A stretch of DNA of 64,000 nucleotides from Klebsormidium nitens (Eukaryota > Plantae > Klebsormidiophyceae): contig DF236998.1 in the NCBI GenBank assembly GCA_000708835.1, forward strand, positions 215,629 through 279,628, in the 5' to 3' direction. The position numbers and the translations under genes were made by a program. Under the pieces are notes generated by a model, which worked only from the letters and a program-made list of their open reading frames with translations, was not told the origin of the DNA and did no database searches. Below, piece by piece: positions 13,801 to 25,297 of the stretch (position 1 is the first letter of the stretch; every line of letters starts with the position of its first letter).

Positions 13801-14681
13801 TCAGCCAGCATGGTCTCAAACGGCCGGTCGGAGATGAGCTCGATGTTTTGCCAGCCAATCACCTCCTTGCCACCCTGGGCCTTCAGCTTGGCGTACCGCG
13901 GGGTCACATTGATCACTTTGCTGCTGTCCAGGGACAGCGTCTTGCAGATGACTCCCCCCCAGCCCTCGTCAAACGCCTGTCAAAAGGGGACTTGGTTAGG
14001 AACATTGAATGATGCAGCTCACAAGGTTCGATGCTGCAGGGACACTGCCTGAATGTCTTTCGATCGACGCAAGCTAGATATGCAGACTAAGGTCTTCCGG
14101 TTTGCTTTAAGCAATTGGACCACTCCCATGGGAGAGCGACTGTAACCGGACGGATCAACACATTTCAAAACGCCTCACCATGCGAGCCATGTTGCCATTG
14201 GCAAAGCAACTAAATGATAATTCCGCGATCTTCACTTGCGAGGCAAGTAATTGAAGCTAAAAGAGACGGAGATGCAAGCTCGTGGAAGCCTTACCTTTTT
14301 CATCACCTGGTAGTTCGTACCCGGAGGACCAGAGCCAATCACAAAGGGGTTTGGAAATGTGATCCCATTCACTTTTACAGAAAGATCAGGCCCGTCAACT
14401 GCCTTCCCATCTTTCAATGTTGCAATCTTTGGTTTGCCATTTCCAGCCCCATTTGCAGCTCCATTGCCCTCAGCCGCTCTAACTCCAGGATTTCCACACC
14501 TTTTCTTTGCAATTTCACTGTGAAAGACAAATGTTCTGGCAGGCAGTTGTGGACGCAGACTTGACAAAGAGGGCAGGGGCTTCAGCGTCTGTCTCAATTG
14601 TGCAACGCTCTCCCCCCTGTTGCACCTTGCAACGCCCAACTGGAGCTCTGCTGCCCTGGCGGCGATCAGAGATGCTGCCAT
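10837..14681 (-). CDS. PYD1: Dihydropyrimidine dehydrogenase (plant PYD1 type, plastid transit peptide), 6 exons
   Basis: Exons 14681-14295, 13976-13768, 13294-13042, 12624-12325, 11499-11390 and 10996-10837. Motifs NPFVIGSGPPGTN, GWQNIELISDRP, EINFSCPHGMPERKMGA, KMTPNITDI, GGYSSKAVRPIAL, SGIGGVETG, VCTGVM and the C-terminal DKDWTGEGFVKETESMVSN. Confidence 0.96.
11950..12372 (-). repeat. Three-copy tandem duplication (about 160-200 bp spacing) of the 3' end and donor site of PYD1 exon 4
   Basis: True copy cgcccacctgcaccgtgctcgcccccagcaggatgaactcggccgcg (~12318-12365). Degenerate copies at ~12120-12172 and ~11955-12005 lie inside the intron. Confidence 0.9.
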
Positions 14682-15087
14682 TGCTGGCCACCTCGAGTTT
14701 TTGGACTCTGCTAGAGGATCCTAGGTACTTTGCGTCTCCGGGTTCTGAGATGCCTTCTTTTCAGCTTTGAGGTTGATTCTGAATACAGCGTTATTTTCTT
14801 CCAAGCTCAAAAAACGCCTGCAGTCAGAATAGCCCAAATGTGCACCTTGAAGCGAGCTTCTGTCAGTGTAATAGCGGAAGGAGGGGAGCAGCACAAGCAG
14901 GAGCAGCAGATGCCCTCTTCTACAGCAATTGAAAGCCTGCCAAGATTCAGGAAGATGTGCGCGGCGGCCTTTCTTGGTTGTGCTGACTCATTTGGGAGGG
15001 GGTCTGATGTCAGCTCAATCAACATGCCTGCCCCGGCCTTCCGATTAGGGTTTCAGAGCTTCTTCCTTCTTCCTTCGCCAAGCCCGG

Positions 15088-15838
15088 GCCAGTCTCACGC
15101 CCGTTTTGAGAAAACCTCTCAAAACACCAGCCGGTCGGTTTGGACAAAATGCTCAAAAGTGCCGGCCGGTTTTTGAGCAAATTGCTCGAAATAGCCGGTC
15201 GAGTTTTGATCAAATCGCTCGTATTCTAGCTGCGCCATCCGAAGAAAAGGTCATTGAAAAGGTTCGAATTTGTGGAAGCCCCGGGCACACACTAAAACCA
15301 AAAGGACTTGCTCGGTTGTCACTCGCAGTGGTGTAACCCTAAAGCGGGAAGGCCCGGTTGCCCCTGGAAAGTGCCCGGTTGTCCCAGGGTTGCCAGCGAG
15401 ACCCTAATGTCACAGGCAGGGCCCGGTTGCTTCTCGGGTGCCACGGTCCCTAAACTACTAGTCTAAGAGGGAAGAGTCCGTTGTCCCCGGGAAGTTGCGG
15501 CCGCCCGTCGCCCCGACCAACCACCGTCCTTTATGTACCGCGATCCCGGCGGTCTTCGCGATCGATGTTGTGGGTCGCGATGGTCCACCTGCATCGACGG
15601 TGGAGATTTCCCAAAAACTACCCGCACGTCGCGACGGCAGACCCGGACGGACCCGGTCGCAAATTTGAACAATTTGTTCGTATCGCACGACGCAGTTTTG
15701 AGCATTTTCTCCAAAAAGACGCGACCGGATTCGAACGATTTGTCCAAAATTGATCGCCGTAATTTGAGAGCTAGAGTTTTACTCAAACTTTCAAATTGGT
15801 GTTTCGAGAGGTTTTCTCAAAACGGGCCGTGAGTCTGG
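15088..15838. promoter_or_regulatory. Divergent PYD1/RCC2 promoter region bracketed by an inverted repeat; internal GCCCGGTTG x3 and telo-box-like CCCTAA motifs
   Basis: 15100-15129 cccgttttgagaaaacctctcaaaacacca matches the reverse complement of 15797-15826 at 29/30 positions. A second, weaker inverted pair lies at ~15140-15205 / ~15650-15715. The two ATGs are at 14681 (-) and 16029 (+). Confidence 0.7.
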
Positions 15839-16028
15839 GTTGCCTTCGCACAATTGAAACAGGGAATTAGGGTTTGTGTGCTGAGCTGTGATTTTGAGTC
15901 TGAGGACGGTTTCATTGCTTTCTGTGCAGACCTTTTGGCGCCATCTGGACTCGGGCCTGAACAATTTAGCAAGGGCTGATTGCATCCAGCAGTTGTGCCC
16001 CCAACTTCACCGTAAGGCTGCTGCTCCA

Positions 16029-19000
16029 ATGAGCTCCAGCGCTGCAGCGGGGTCGTCTGGACCCAAAGCGGCGGAAGCGGGCGAACTCTTGTTTGCAGGT
16101 ATGGCCTGCATTCAACCGCTGAATGAGTTCAGCCTTGCCACGCAATTGCATTTCCTTCGTGCCAATTGGCTTGCCCACTTTGGCCTCTCTCAATCTGGCA
16201 CAAAGTGAGTTGCTGATGCTAGTGGTACAAACCTTTGTGTTAGAGATGCAGGTGCAAGCGAGAGGTGCACAAACAGGTGTGCGCACTCAGTGTTGCATAT
16301 GAATCAGAAGGGGCAACATGTAGGGATGAGGCAGTGGTGCAGTCAATCTACAAGCAATTGCCACTGGCAGCCTTTGATATTCTTCGGAGTCTCCTACGTG
16401 CTACGTGTCTCTTGAAGCCCAGACACGGACCAGTCTTGCATAGCTGGGGCCCTTCCTTGATAAAGAATGAGGGAAGGCCAATTCAAAGCCGCCAAAGAGT
16501 ATCAAACTGGTGAACTGGTTGACCTGAGTAACAGACAATACCCAGCAAATGTAATCTCTATACAGAGCACACTGTTGTTCGATCTTGCGCAGGTGTCACA
16601 GACTGGACTGGTGTCGGAAGGACTGAGAAAGCAAAGCTGACTCCGGTAAGTGACCTACGTCTAAGTCTGAAACTGGCAAACGACACCCTTCACTTACCTA
16701 CCTGGGAACATGCTCGTTTGAATGTGGGCTTGAAATTGATTTCTTTGTATGCATGAAGGACCTGATTGAGCAAGGCGCCAATAGCAACACTTCTCGAACT
16801 TTTCAAATTCGACATGGGGCTCGTAGGCTTGTCCTTTTAAGAGTGAACATATTTCACAATCTCAATTTGCATAGAGAGACAACTTAAGCAGTCGCCACAC
16901 TTGACCTTTTCGGACTCTCGTTATTAACCGCATGGTGTCATGGAGGCTTGTGTTTATATTCTGAAGGTCACGTTGGTTTCTGGTTCAGGACGCGAAAGCC
17001 GAGAAGGATGCAACCTACCCCGACCTGAGCCTGCCTACGAGACTGGAGGCCGTCAAGGACATTGACTTCAAAATTGTGGCGTCTGGGTCAGGTAAGGATT
17101 CATCCATTAATACTTAAAGAGATTATTCTTGATTGAGTGGATAAAATTTCAGAGACATTCAGCAGTTTACGTGTACCCATTGTAAGCGGTCAAGAAAGAA
17201 GAAAGCACGGGCCTGACACCCTACTTAGACACATTAGAAGGACATGGGGCCCTCAGAGAGGACCTTGTGTCTTTGGAGTTAAGCTTCACGGAACTGATCC
17301 CATTTCATTTCAGGTCGTCTGAGAAAGTCGTTTTGCTTTGAGTCTGCCAGCGAGTTCTGCAATTGCTCGATGTTCAAGCGCAGTCGGGGAACTCCGCTTG
17401 TTTCAGTCATTGTGAGAGTAATGATGTGTCGCTTCTCAATTGCAGCATCGGCGCATGCTATTGCGATTGATGTGGACGGGCAACTGTACACATGGGGGAG
17501 AAACGAGGTGAGAGACGGGCCGGTTGACAAGCGCCTAGCGGCTGCACATATCAATCTGGAGAGTTGACCACTTGATTGGCAAGTTTCGTAAGCAGTGCAT
17601 TAGGTGCTTACGACCCGGACTCTACGACCTTCTTTGGGTGACCATGTGGTTCGAACTCCATGAGACTTGCTTCGAATTACATCGTACATAGTCCATCCAT
17701 TGCCAACAAAACAAGCACTGGGTGCCAGGCGCACATACACGTTGTTTTTTGAAGCAGGAAAACGAGCTTTCAGAAAAAGACAAACCTCTCGTGCCAGGAG
17801 GCTCGACAATCGAGACAACCGTTGGCACGACTCACGAAATCCTGAGATCGCCTCTGTCTATCCACGAAGGCTTCCTTTATGTCTTGCAGAACGGGCAGCT
17901 TGGGCACGGCGACCTTCTCCAGCGCAATACGCCAACAGTTGTCGAGGCTCTGAAGAAGTGAGGACGACCGAAACACCGTTGAAACCTGCTGGTGATGCAC
18001 TCGCACTCGATTCTTTGAAGAAAGGGCGCTACTCTGCATGGAGTTGGGGCACATCGAGATGCACAAAAGGAGTCGAGGAGGGCTCAAATGCTTCTTCTTT
18101 GCTTCCTTCCTTTCCTCGCTTCTTCTTCCACTTTCGCTTTCCGTGTCCTCGTCAGGTCGTTGTGCTTTACGAAACCCAGTAAGCAAACAACGGACAGTAA
18201 ACACAGTGTTGCTGCATATCTCCTGTCTCTTTCTTAACATTCGACTATTTCCTCCCGCCAGGCACAAGATCGTAAAGGCTGCTGCCGGGAAGCAGCACAC
18301 AGTCGTCGTGACTGAGGACGGCACCAGTTTCGCGTTTGGCAGCAACAAGAACGGCCAACTAGGCACCGGGAATTTGAAGAGCGGTAAGCGGCCGTTCGCT
18401 GCCAATCTGTTGTACTTTTTCTTAACTGCAGAACTCGTAAGGACGCGGTCAAGGTGCTTTGAGTAATAGTGTCAGCGGACCGTGCTGTTCGACGCTGTGT
18501 TCAGAAGTCAACGGGGTCAAGGCTCAACGAGGAGGCAACGAGGCGTCTCACAAAGTGAGAAGCGCGTCGTCCCGGGAATGTCTACCAGTCCGCATCCATT
18601 TGCTACTTGCAGAGGTTTTCGAAACATTTGGAGTTTGACACATCGGTACACAGCTTTCTTGAGACCTCTTCGAGCCTTCGTTGTTTTCAGGAGCTCGTAC
18701 ATATAGGTACGTTCTGTGTAAGGTGGTGACACTTTCGTGAGGTCAACAAAACCGCGTTAAGCCCCAACTGACGCTTTCGTTTTGAGAGTGACCGGAAAAA
18801 CGCATGGCGTTGTGTTTCGTAAGGAGTCGCGGCCCTGTACATCTTCAAAGGCTGTTCTGCTGATGCGACAACTCTACGGGAATGACAATGTTCCGAAAAA
18901 TTGTTTGAATGCCTTGCCTCAGATCCAACTGTGGAGCACACTTCAAATGCTTTCTTCTGGCGCTTGCAGAGCAGGAGACGTCCCCAGTAAAGTGCCTAGT

Positions 19001-22000
19001 GCAGGACGCGACTGACGTGGCGTGCGGAGCAGAGTTCACGGTGTGGCTTACAAAGAAAGGAGTGTGGTGAGTCGGTTGATCCTTGAAAGGAACGACTAAG
19101 CCTTCGTGTTTGTTTGGAGCGTTGTGACTCGGTCAGTGCTTGATGAGAGACGGACGTTGAGAACTGCAGGCATGATTTTGACGGCTTACTTCGTACTTGG
19201 AAGCATAATAGTAATCTTCAAGAGCGCTGCGTGGAGTTCTATCAGGCTCTCCAGACACAGTGCGGGTTCCCTGCAATACGCCTTTTGCTTGGTTCTGGTC
19301 AGTCTATTCTCTCGTATCGTTTCCATCTTTCTCTTCTGGATTCATCGCAGTAACTGACTCCGATCCGGCGTTCACAGGTCGTGCGGTCTGCCGCAGTACG
19401 GCCAGCTAGGCGACGGGTCAGATCATGAGGTGAGCACTGGATTGCCTGGCAGATTACATTCAGGTTAGCGTCACGCCGCTCGATGTGGCGAAAGCACCGA
19501 ATGCTAATCAGAGCCGCACAACGTCTCTGCTCTGTCGTTTCTTTTTGAGACTCGAGCACGTACACTAAAGCATGCATTCCTGCTAAATGATCACTGTTTC
19601 GAGATCTTTCAGAAGAAGGTCAAAAGGAGCCCTGAGACTGCCGAACCTCCATTTGTTCCTGCCAAGATTCTGTCTTAAGATGAAAGTTCTAAATATTCGG
19701 TCGGTTTTTAGTACTACAACGGAACGCTAGCCGAGGTCTCAGGTTGGCCAACACTTGTGTTGTTGCTGCTAACATCTCGTCTCTCCTCATTCAATCGCAG
19801 TACAACGCCAAGGCGAGCTCCGTCCAGTTGGTTTACGAACCGCAGCCGACGCCAAAAGCGATCGCCGGCCTCAACGGGAAGAAGGTCGTGCGGGTCGCCT
19901 GTGGAAACAACCACACAGGTGCGCTGTCCATGTTCAGTAGTAACTTCGCGAATCCGCAAATTTACCGTTGGTTTGCGGATCTCCATGCGGGCATGTCTAA
20001 TGCAACCGCACAACGCAAGAGTGCACGAGCGTCTCGGGGTGACGTCTTGCGGTCGACTTGGAGTGACTTCTATGGCCTTCCTTAGAGTTTCAAAAGCGCG
20101 ATCCTGTCTCGGAGAGCCGCTGAATCTGGTCTCAGAACGGACAAACTGGCTGTCATAACTCAATCGGAGCGGCATTTGACGACCTGAAAGGCCTCCGGCC
20201 TCCATAGGGTTCTGCCCTGGGAAACTCTCTTCGTGACTGGCCACTCTCGTCCTCTTTGTCCCTCGTCGACGTACAACCCGTGCCCAATCCGCTGGCTGTC
20301 GTCGATGGTTGGAGAAGCTGACGTCCATAGCAGGCTCCAAGATTTCGCTCGCACCTTAACGGTAGTATCACCATCCTTCTGAGTTAAGAAACTGTAGAAT
20401 GGCTGCTGTGCCCCTGAACCCTTAGCACGGCCCCTTCTAGATTGCTACTGAACCTACCTACACCCAAAAGTTTCTGTGCAGTGGTGTCCCACGAGGATGG
20501 GTCGGTTCACTTCTGGGGATTTGGTACATACGACCGGCTAGGGCACAAGACGCCCTTGTTAACTCGACCTAAAATGTCAATCCCTAAACGCTGTGCAGTG
20601 GTGTCCGATGAGGAGGGGTCGATTTACGCGTGGGGTTTTGGCACATACTGACGGCTTGCGCACAAGACGCCCTTGTTATCCCAATCTCCCTTAACCTACA
20701 TATATCTACCTGAATCCAAAACGTTAACCCCCAAACTTCGTGCAATGGTGTCGGATGCGGAGGAGTCGGTTATACGTAGGGTTTCGGAGCTTACGCCCGG
20801 TTGGGGCACAAGCATCCCTCGTTACCCTGACCTTCTTTAAACTACATATATCTATCTTAACCGGAAATGCTAACCCCATCTGCAGTGGTGTCGGACGAGG
20901 AGGGGTCGGTTTACACGTGGGGTTTTGGCGCATACGGTCGGTTGGGGCACAAGACGCCCAAGGACGAGTGGAAGCCACGCAAGGTCGACTTCTTCTCCAA
21001 CAGGATGGCGCTTCCGGCCGGCTCGCTCATCACGGCCGGGGGGGCCTTCTCAGGCTGCACTGCAGGTAAAAATTTACCCCCCTGAGCAGTCGACCTACTG
21101 GGTTGCACGTAGACATGTTCTATGCTTACATGCAGGTTTGCATGTCTTGACTTCTTCTCGGAACATGCTTAACTTGGATAAGCGCCTCTATGATCCCTCA
21201 CACGGTACGAAATTCGTCTTTCGATTCCAAGACATTCGGCAGTACTGTCTGTTCGCATTCCCAACCCGTTTTGACGGGGTTGCTAAGTCCTGCTTCTAAT
21301 CACAAGAATCCCGTTGAGAGAAAGCAGGAGCTTGTTTGTGTTAAAAGAGCAGAACCCTGCTTATGACCACCATTTTGATGCAGGACAATCACATCGACTA
21401 AGTGGCAAAAGTTTTGATCGCCCAAGTGATTTGTTCTCTCTTTTCCGGCAGTCGGCGGTCAGCTGTACATGTGGGGCCAGATCAAGCCGACGGGAGAGGC
21501 CTGGATGTCCCCTGCGCCCGTGCATGACCTCAGGTAAGGGCATCTACAAACCTGCAGTTTTTCAAAACATGCTCTACTCTTCTGAGAGTCGTTGCCTTGC
21601 AGAAGCGATGCATCTTCAGCTTCTGCATGCCCCTTCCGCAATCCAAAGCCAGAATTCTCAAGCAAGTTCGTTGCATCTGCTTCTGGTCAGCTAACACTCA
21701 ACGAAGAGAGATTCTTCGAACCATATTTTTATGGTTCATTGTCTAGTGCGTCGAATATGGTCGCTCGACAGAGCAGTGTGGCTTAGCTTGTGTACATTAA
21801 AGCCACCTTCCCGTCATTGCCCGCAAGATACTGCGGTTTCAGCTCAACACTGTCTGTCTCTTGAAAGAGTTTCAAGCCCTCCTCTACTCCAGCCCTAATG
21901 TCGTTGTTAACCCTATCTGGTTCTCTGCTGGCATCAACAGGGTTGGCTTCTTAACCGATGACTTTTTGTTTTACAGCGGCTGGAATATCCGCAGCATGGA

Positions 22001-23587
22001 CTGTGGGTCCACGAGCAAAATCGTAAGCGCCGATGACTCGTGCATAAGCTTTGGCAACGCGACGCACGGAGAGCTGGGCTACGGCCCTAAGGGTCCAAAG
22101 TGAGAAGCCGACCCATCGGCTCTTGTTACTCTAAGGCTTTGAAAGTCGTGATCGATGACTCTGAAACTCTACTTGAGACTGCTGACTGTCGGAGCAGGTT
22201 TGTTTGTTTCTCGGCCTGATGCCCCTAGCGACTTTCAGTGCAGTGTAGTTCGTCTTCGTCCAGCCGTACTGAGGGGTGCTAATTTTTCCAAGTCTCAGAA
22301 GAAGGCACGTGTTCTCCATTTCTCTTTTTCCAACTGAAGAAAGGCGCTCAGGGGACGGGGGGGTCTATCTGGGTGGTCAGGGTGGGTTCGGATTTGCAGC
22401 GTGTTGCTAATTAGGTGCCCGGGTGAATGGAATCTAAACTGAAATTCTTTTAGAACGAAATGGGAATCAGCAGTTCTGAAAAGATGGAACCAGCCGCCAC
22501 AAACGAGGCAACGGTACGAATTCGATGCATTCTGAAGTTTAAAACGGGCAGTACCTCATTCTGCTGTGCCTGGGCATTGTCCGGTTCATCAGGTTGGCTC
22601 TAAAATCCAGTGCCTTTTGTCTGCCGCAGGTCCTCCGCAAACGCAAAGAAGATTGACGCCCTAAACGGCTTCCACGTAATAAAGTGAGTACATTATCGTT
22701 GCACTCATTTCTCTCACTTTGATGTCCGCTGGCGGACTCTATATTTTCAGACTGGCATGACAGGGCACACCTGAGTTGTAGACACGTTGGGCGGTAGATG
22801 GCGTAGGATTTTCGGACTGAAACGACGGGCTTTTTGATTACTCTGCGAACACGTCTGCATCCGCGAAGAGATGGTTTTTTCAAAATCGTCATGCGCTCGT
22901 AAGCCGGCGGTGATAGATGGTGGGCTGTAAAGACTGCCTTGTCATTTGGCTTATTGTGACCAAACTGGTCACCCATATTCTGATTGAATCTTAGAAAACA
23001 ACTTGTAGAAGTGACACTAAAGTTGCGGAATTGTCTTACAGGGTAGCTGCTGGTCTGGCGCACACGCTGTTCATCGTCGACCGAACAGTCGAGAGCGAGG
23101 AGCTTGAAAAGGTGCGTCTCACAGAAGTAGTGTGATCAGACGGGCAGTATGGCGTTGGCGGCGCTTCGCGTGTTTGGTCGGGAGGTGCAGGGCACGTCCA
23201 GCATATGGAGATCTGTGCAAGCTGCGGAGACCATGCATAGCCCGCAAAACCATCAATGGGGGCCCAATGTAATCGTCGCAAGAGCAGGACCGTTGGTCGG
23301 GTCGTCGTTCCGTTAAAGATCGACTCATCAGAACCCAGCAATCGTCGCTTTTCCGCTCCATTCGTATGATCTTAAGTCGGTTCACGAAGCCGACTGGTCT
23401 GTCGCTGCAGTTGCCCGTTTTCCAGCCCACGAGAGATGTTGAAGAAGGCGCCGCTGCCGAAGAGGGCGCCAAAGGCAAACGAAAAGCGCCCGTAGGCAAG
23501 GGCAAAGCGAAAGCCGAGCCCCCCGCAAAGAAAGGGAAGGCGGCAGCGGCCCCCGCCCCAGCGAAAAAGGGCCGGGGCAAAAAGTAG
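16029..23587 (+). CDS. RCC2: RCC1-repeat beta-propeller protein, RCC2/TD-60 orthologue-like, about 14 exons, Lys-rich C-terminal tail
   Basis: Spliced peptides GELLFAG-VTDWTGVGR; VASGS-ASAHAIAIDVDGQLYTWGRNE-NGQLGHGD; AAAGKQHTV..FAFGSNKNGQLG; VACGAEFTVWL; GLPQYGQLGDGSDHE-YNAKASSVQLVYEPQPTP; YTWGFGAYGRLGHKTPKDEWKPR; GWNIRSMDCG; HGELGYGPKGPK; VAAGLAHTLF. Ends ..KKGRGKK*. Confidence 0.9.
20472..20960 (+). repeat. Four-copy tandem array of an RCC2 acceptor site plus the first ~75 nt of the exon (three decayed copies upstream of the real exon at 20886)
   Basis: tgtgcag|tggtgtc..ggggtcg..tgggg..ggcacaagacgccc recurs at 20472-20555, 20591-20672, 20738-20818 and 20879-20960 (real). Confidence 0.92.
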
Positions 23588-25297
23588 GGGGGGAGATGTT
23601 AACCCAGATATTAACCTAGATGTTGAAACATGTACTTCACTTTTGCGGAGCGTTTTGGAAGAGGCGCAGAGGCTGAGATGGTCGAGGGGGGCTTTGACTC
23701 AGGCAGCGGTAGAACAGTGGACGAAGAGTTCAGGATTCGAAGTGGTAATGATGCAGCCGTTTGACGCAGATTATTGAAAGAGCAGAGTGTTGAACGGCCA
23801 ACCTGCTTCCCTAATACTTGATGACGAGTCAGCTCGTGCTCATTCTTCGGATCAATTCTGTATAATCTTATGAGTCAAACCACAACTAGTCAGCCTGAAC
23901 AGCCGTTTGAGATTAAGACTGTGCTTTTGCAACCTCTTTCGGGGCGCTGAAGTTAAAAGGCCCGCTGACGCGCATAAGAACATGCGCATGCAATATGATA
24001 GTGCGAGTCGCGGTCAATTGACTTTGCATGCACTCCCGGCATCTACCAAAACAAATGTAGTGCTTGAGCGCACTGATGGACGCGTGGACAGCTCTTGAAA
24101 TACTCAGTAGCCTGCGGTAAAAGTGTAGAAGCATGACTGCAGGTGCATTGCATGCATGGAAGTTGTAATCAGCATTCAACGATTTCATGGATCGATCTTA
24201 ATTAGCCAAATGCCAGTGGCAACATATCGATAAGCAAGCAAGAGTATAATGTGAACATGGCTTTGGACGCGCGCGCGCAAATGTGATGCAGAGAAGCACT
24301 AGGTCGAAGTTGCTCCGACTCAAGCACCAACCGGTCACTTCAATTTGGTGACTTACTGGAGTGCGTCGATCGCGATCAGCACGCTCGCATGCCTTGACGG
24401 TTGAAACATGCATCAGGATATTTAGCATAGATCCGCAATAGCGTGGATTGATCTCGTGCAGGGATTATGCAGGCTTGACATAATCCAGGCGGCCATTCCT
24501 TACAGTCACCATCCTTGACGTATCTAGATGAACAACCAACGAGTCAGCCAGAAATAAAGCTCGCCGGCTTGAGTCTTCAGTCACAAAATTTGGGGGATGC
24601 CACGCTGGCATGCATTTGGCCCCTAGCTCCCATCCTTTGATGGTTCTACCGTCCAGTCACACGCAGAATCTGAATCCTTCAGGGTTACAAATGCTCAGAA
24701 CTTTTGACCTTTATCAAAACCAGGTTTCGCTATAGGATACAGGTAACATTGGCAATCAGAAACCTGAAGTGCACGCCGGTACCTAGAATGTAGACCACAA
24801 GAACTAATTGCTCGGAGAAGACCAGATAAAGGACATGTTACCCGAAACCACGCAATGCTATCAGTCTCAGGCACATGGGAAGCTCTATGTACACAAGTGT
24901 CGCTGATTCTGGCTTGAGCGCGAACAAGACGTCTAGTCGAAGCGCAGCTCGGGGAACGACCACTTGAGGTGCTGGAAAAACGGAAAGGAAACAAGTGAGC
25001 TGTCTCAACGAACGCAGAGGAAAGAGTTGCTCGCTGTCATTCTTAAAAGTCTTTGCTTTCCGATCTAAGCAAGCAAGAAAGGGCTTATACATGCCAATCG
25101 AAAGTACCATGTCTGATCGCTCCCATTGCCCAAGCAACTTGCTTCTCACCAGATGACCTAGCCTTCTTGAGAACGACTTCGGCGGATGCGACACAATGAT
25201 TCACCGAGTAGGACGTTCTTCTGGTTGCGATAGGTCGCATCTGTGCCACGATGTTCCTGGTGTGCACTCAAGGAGGTCACAAGATCCTCACCAGTAC

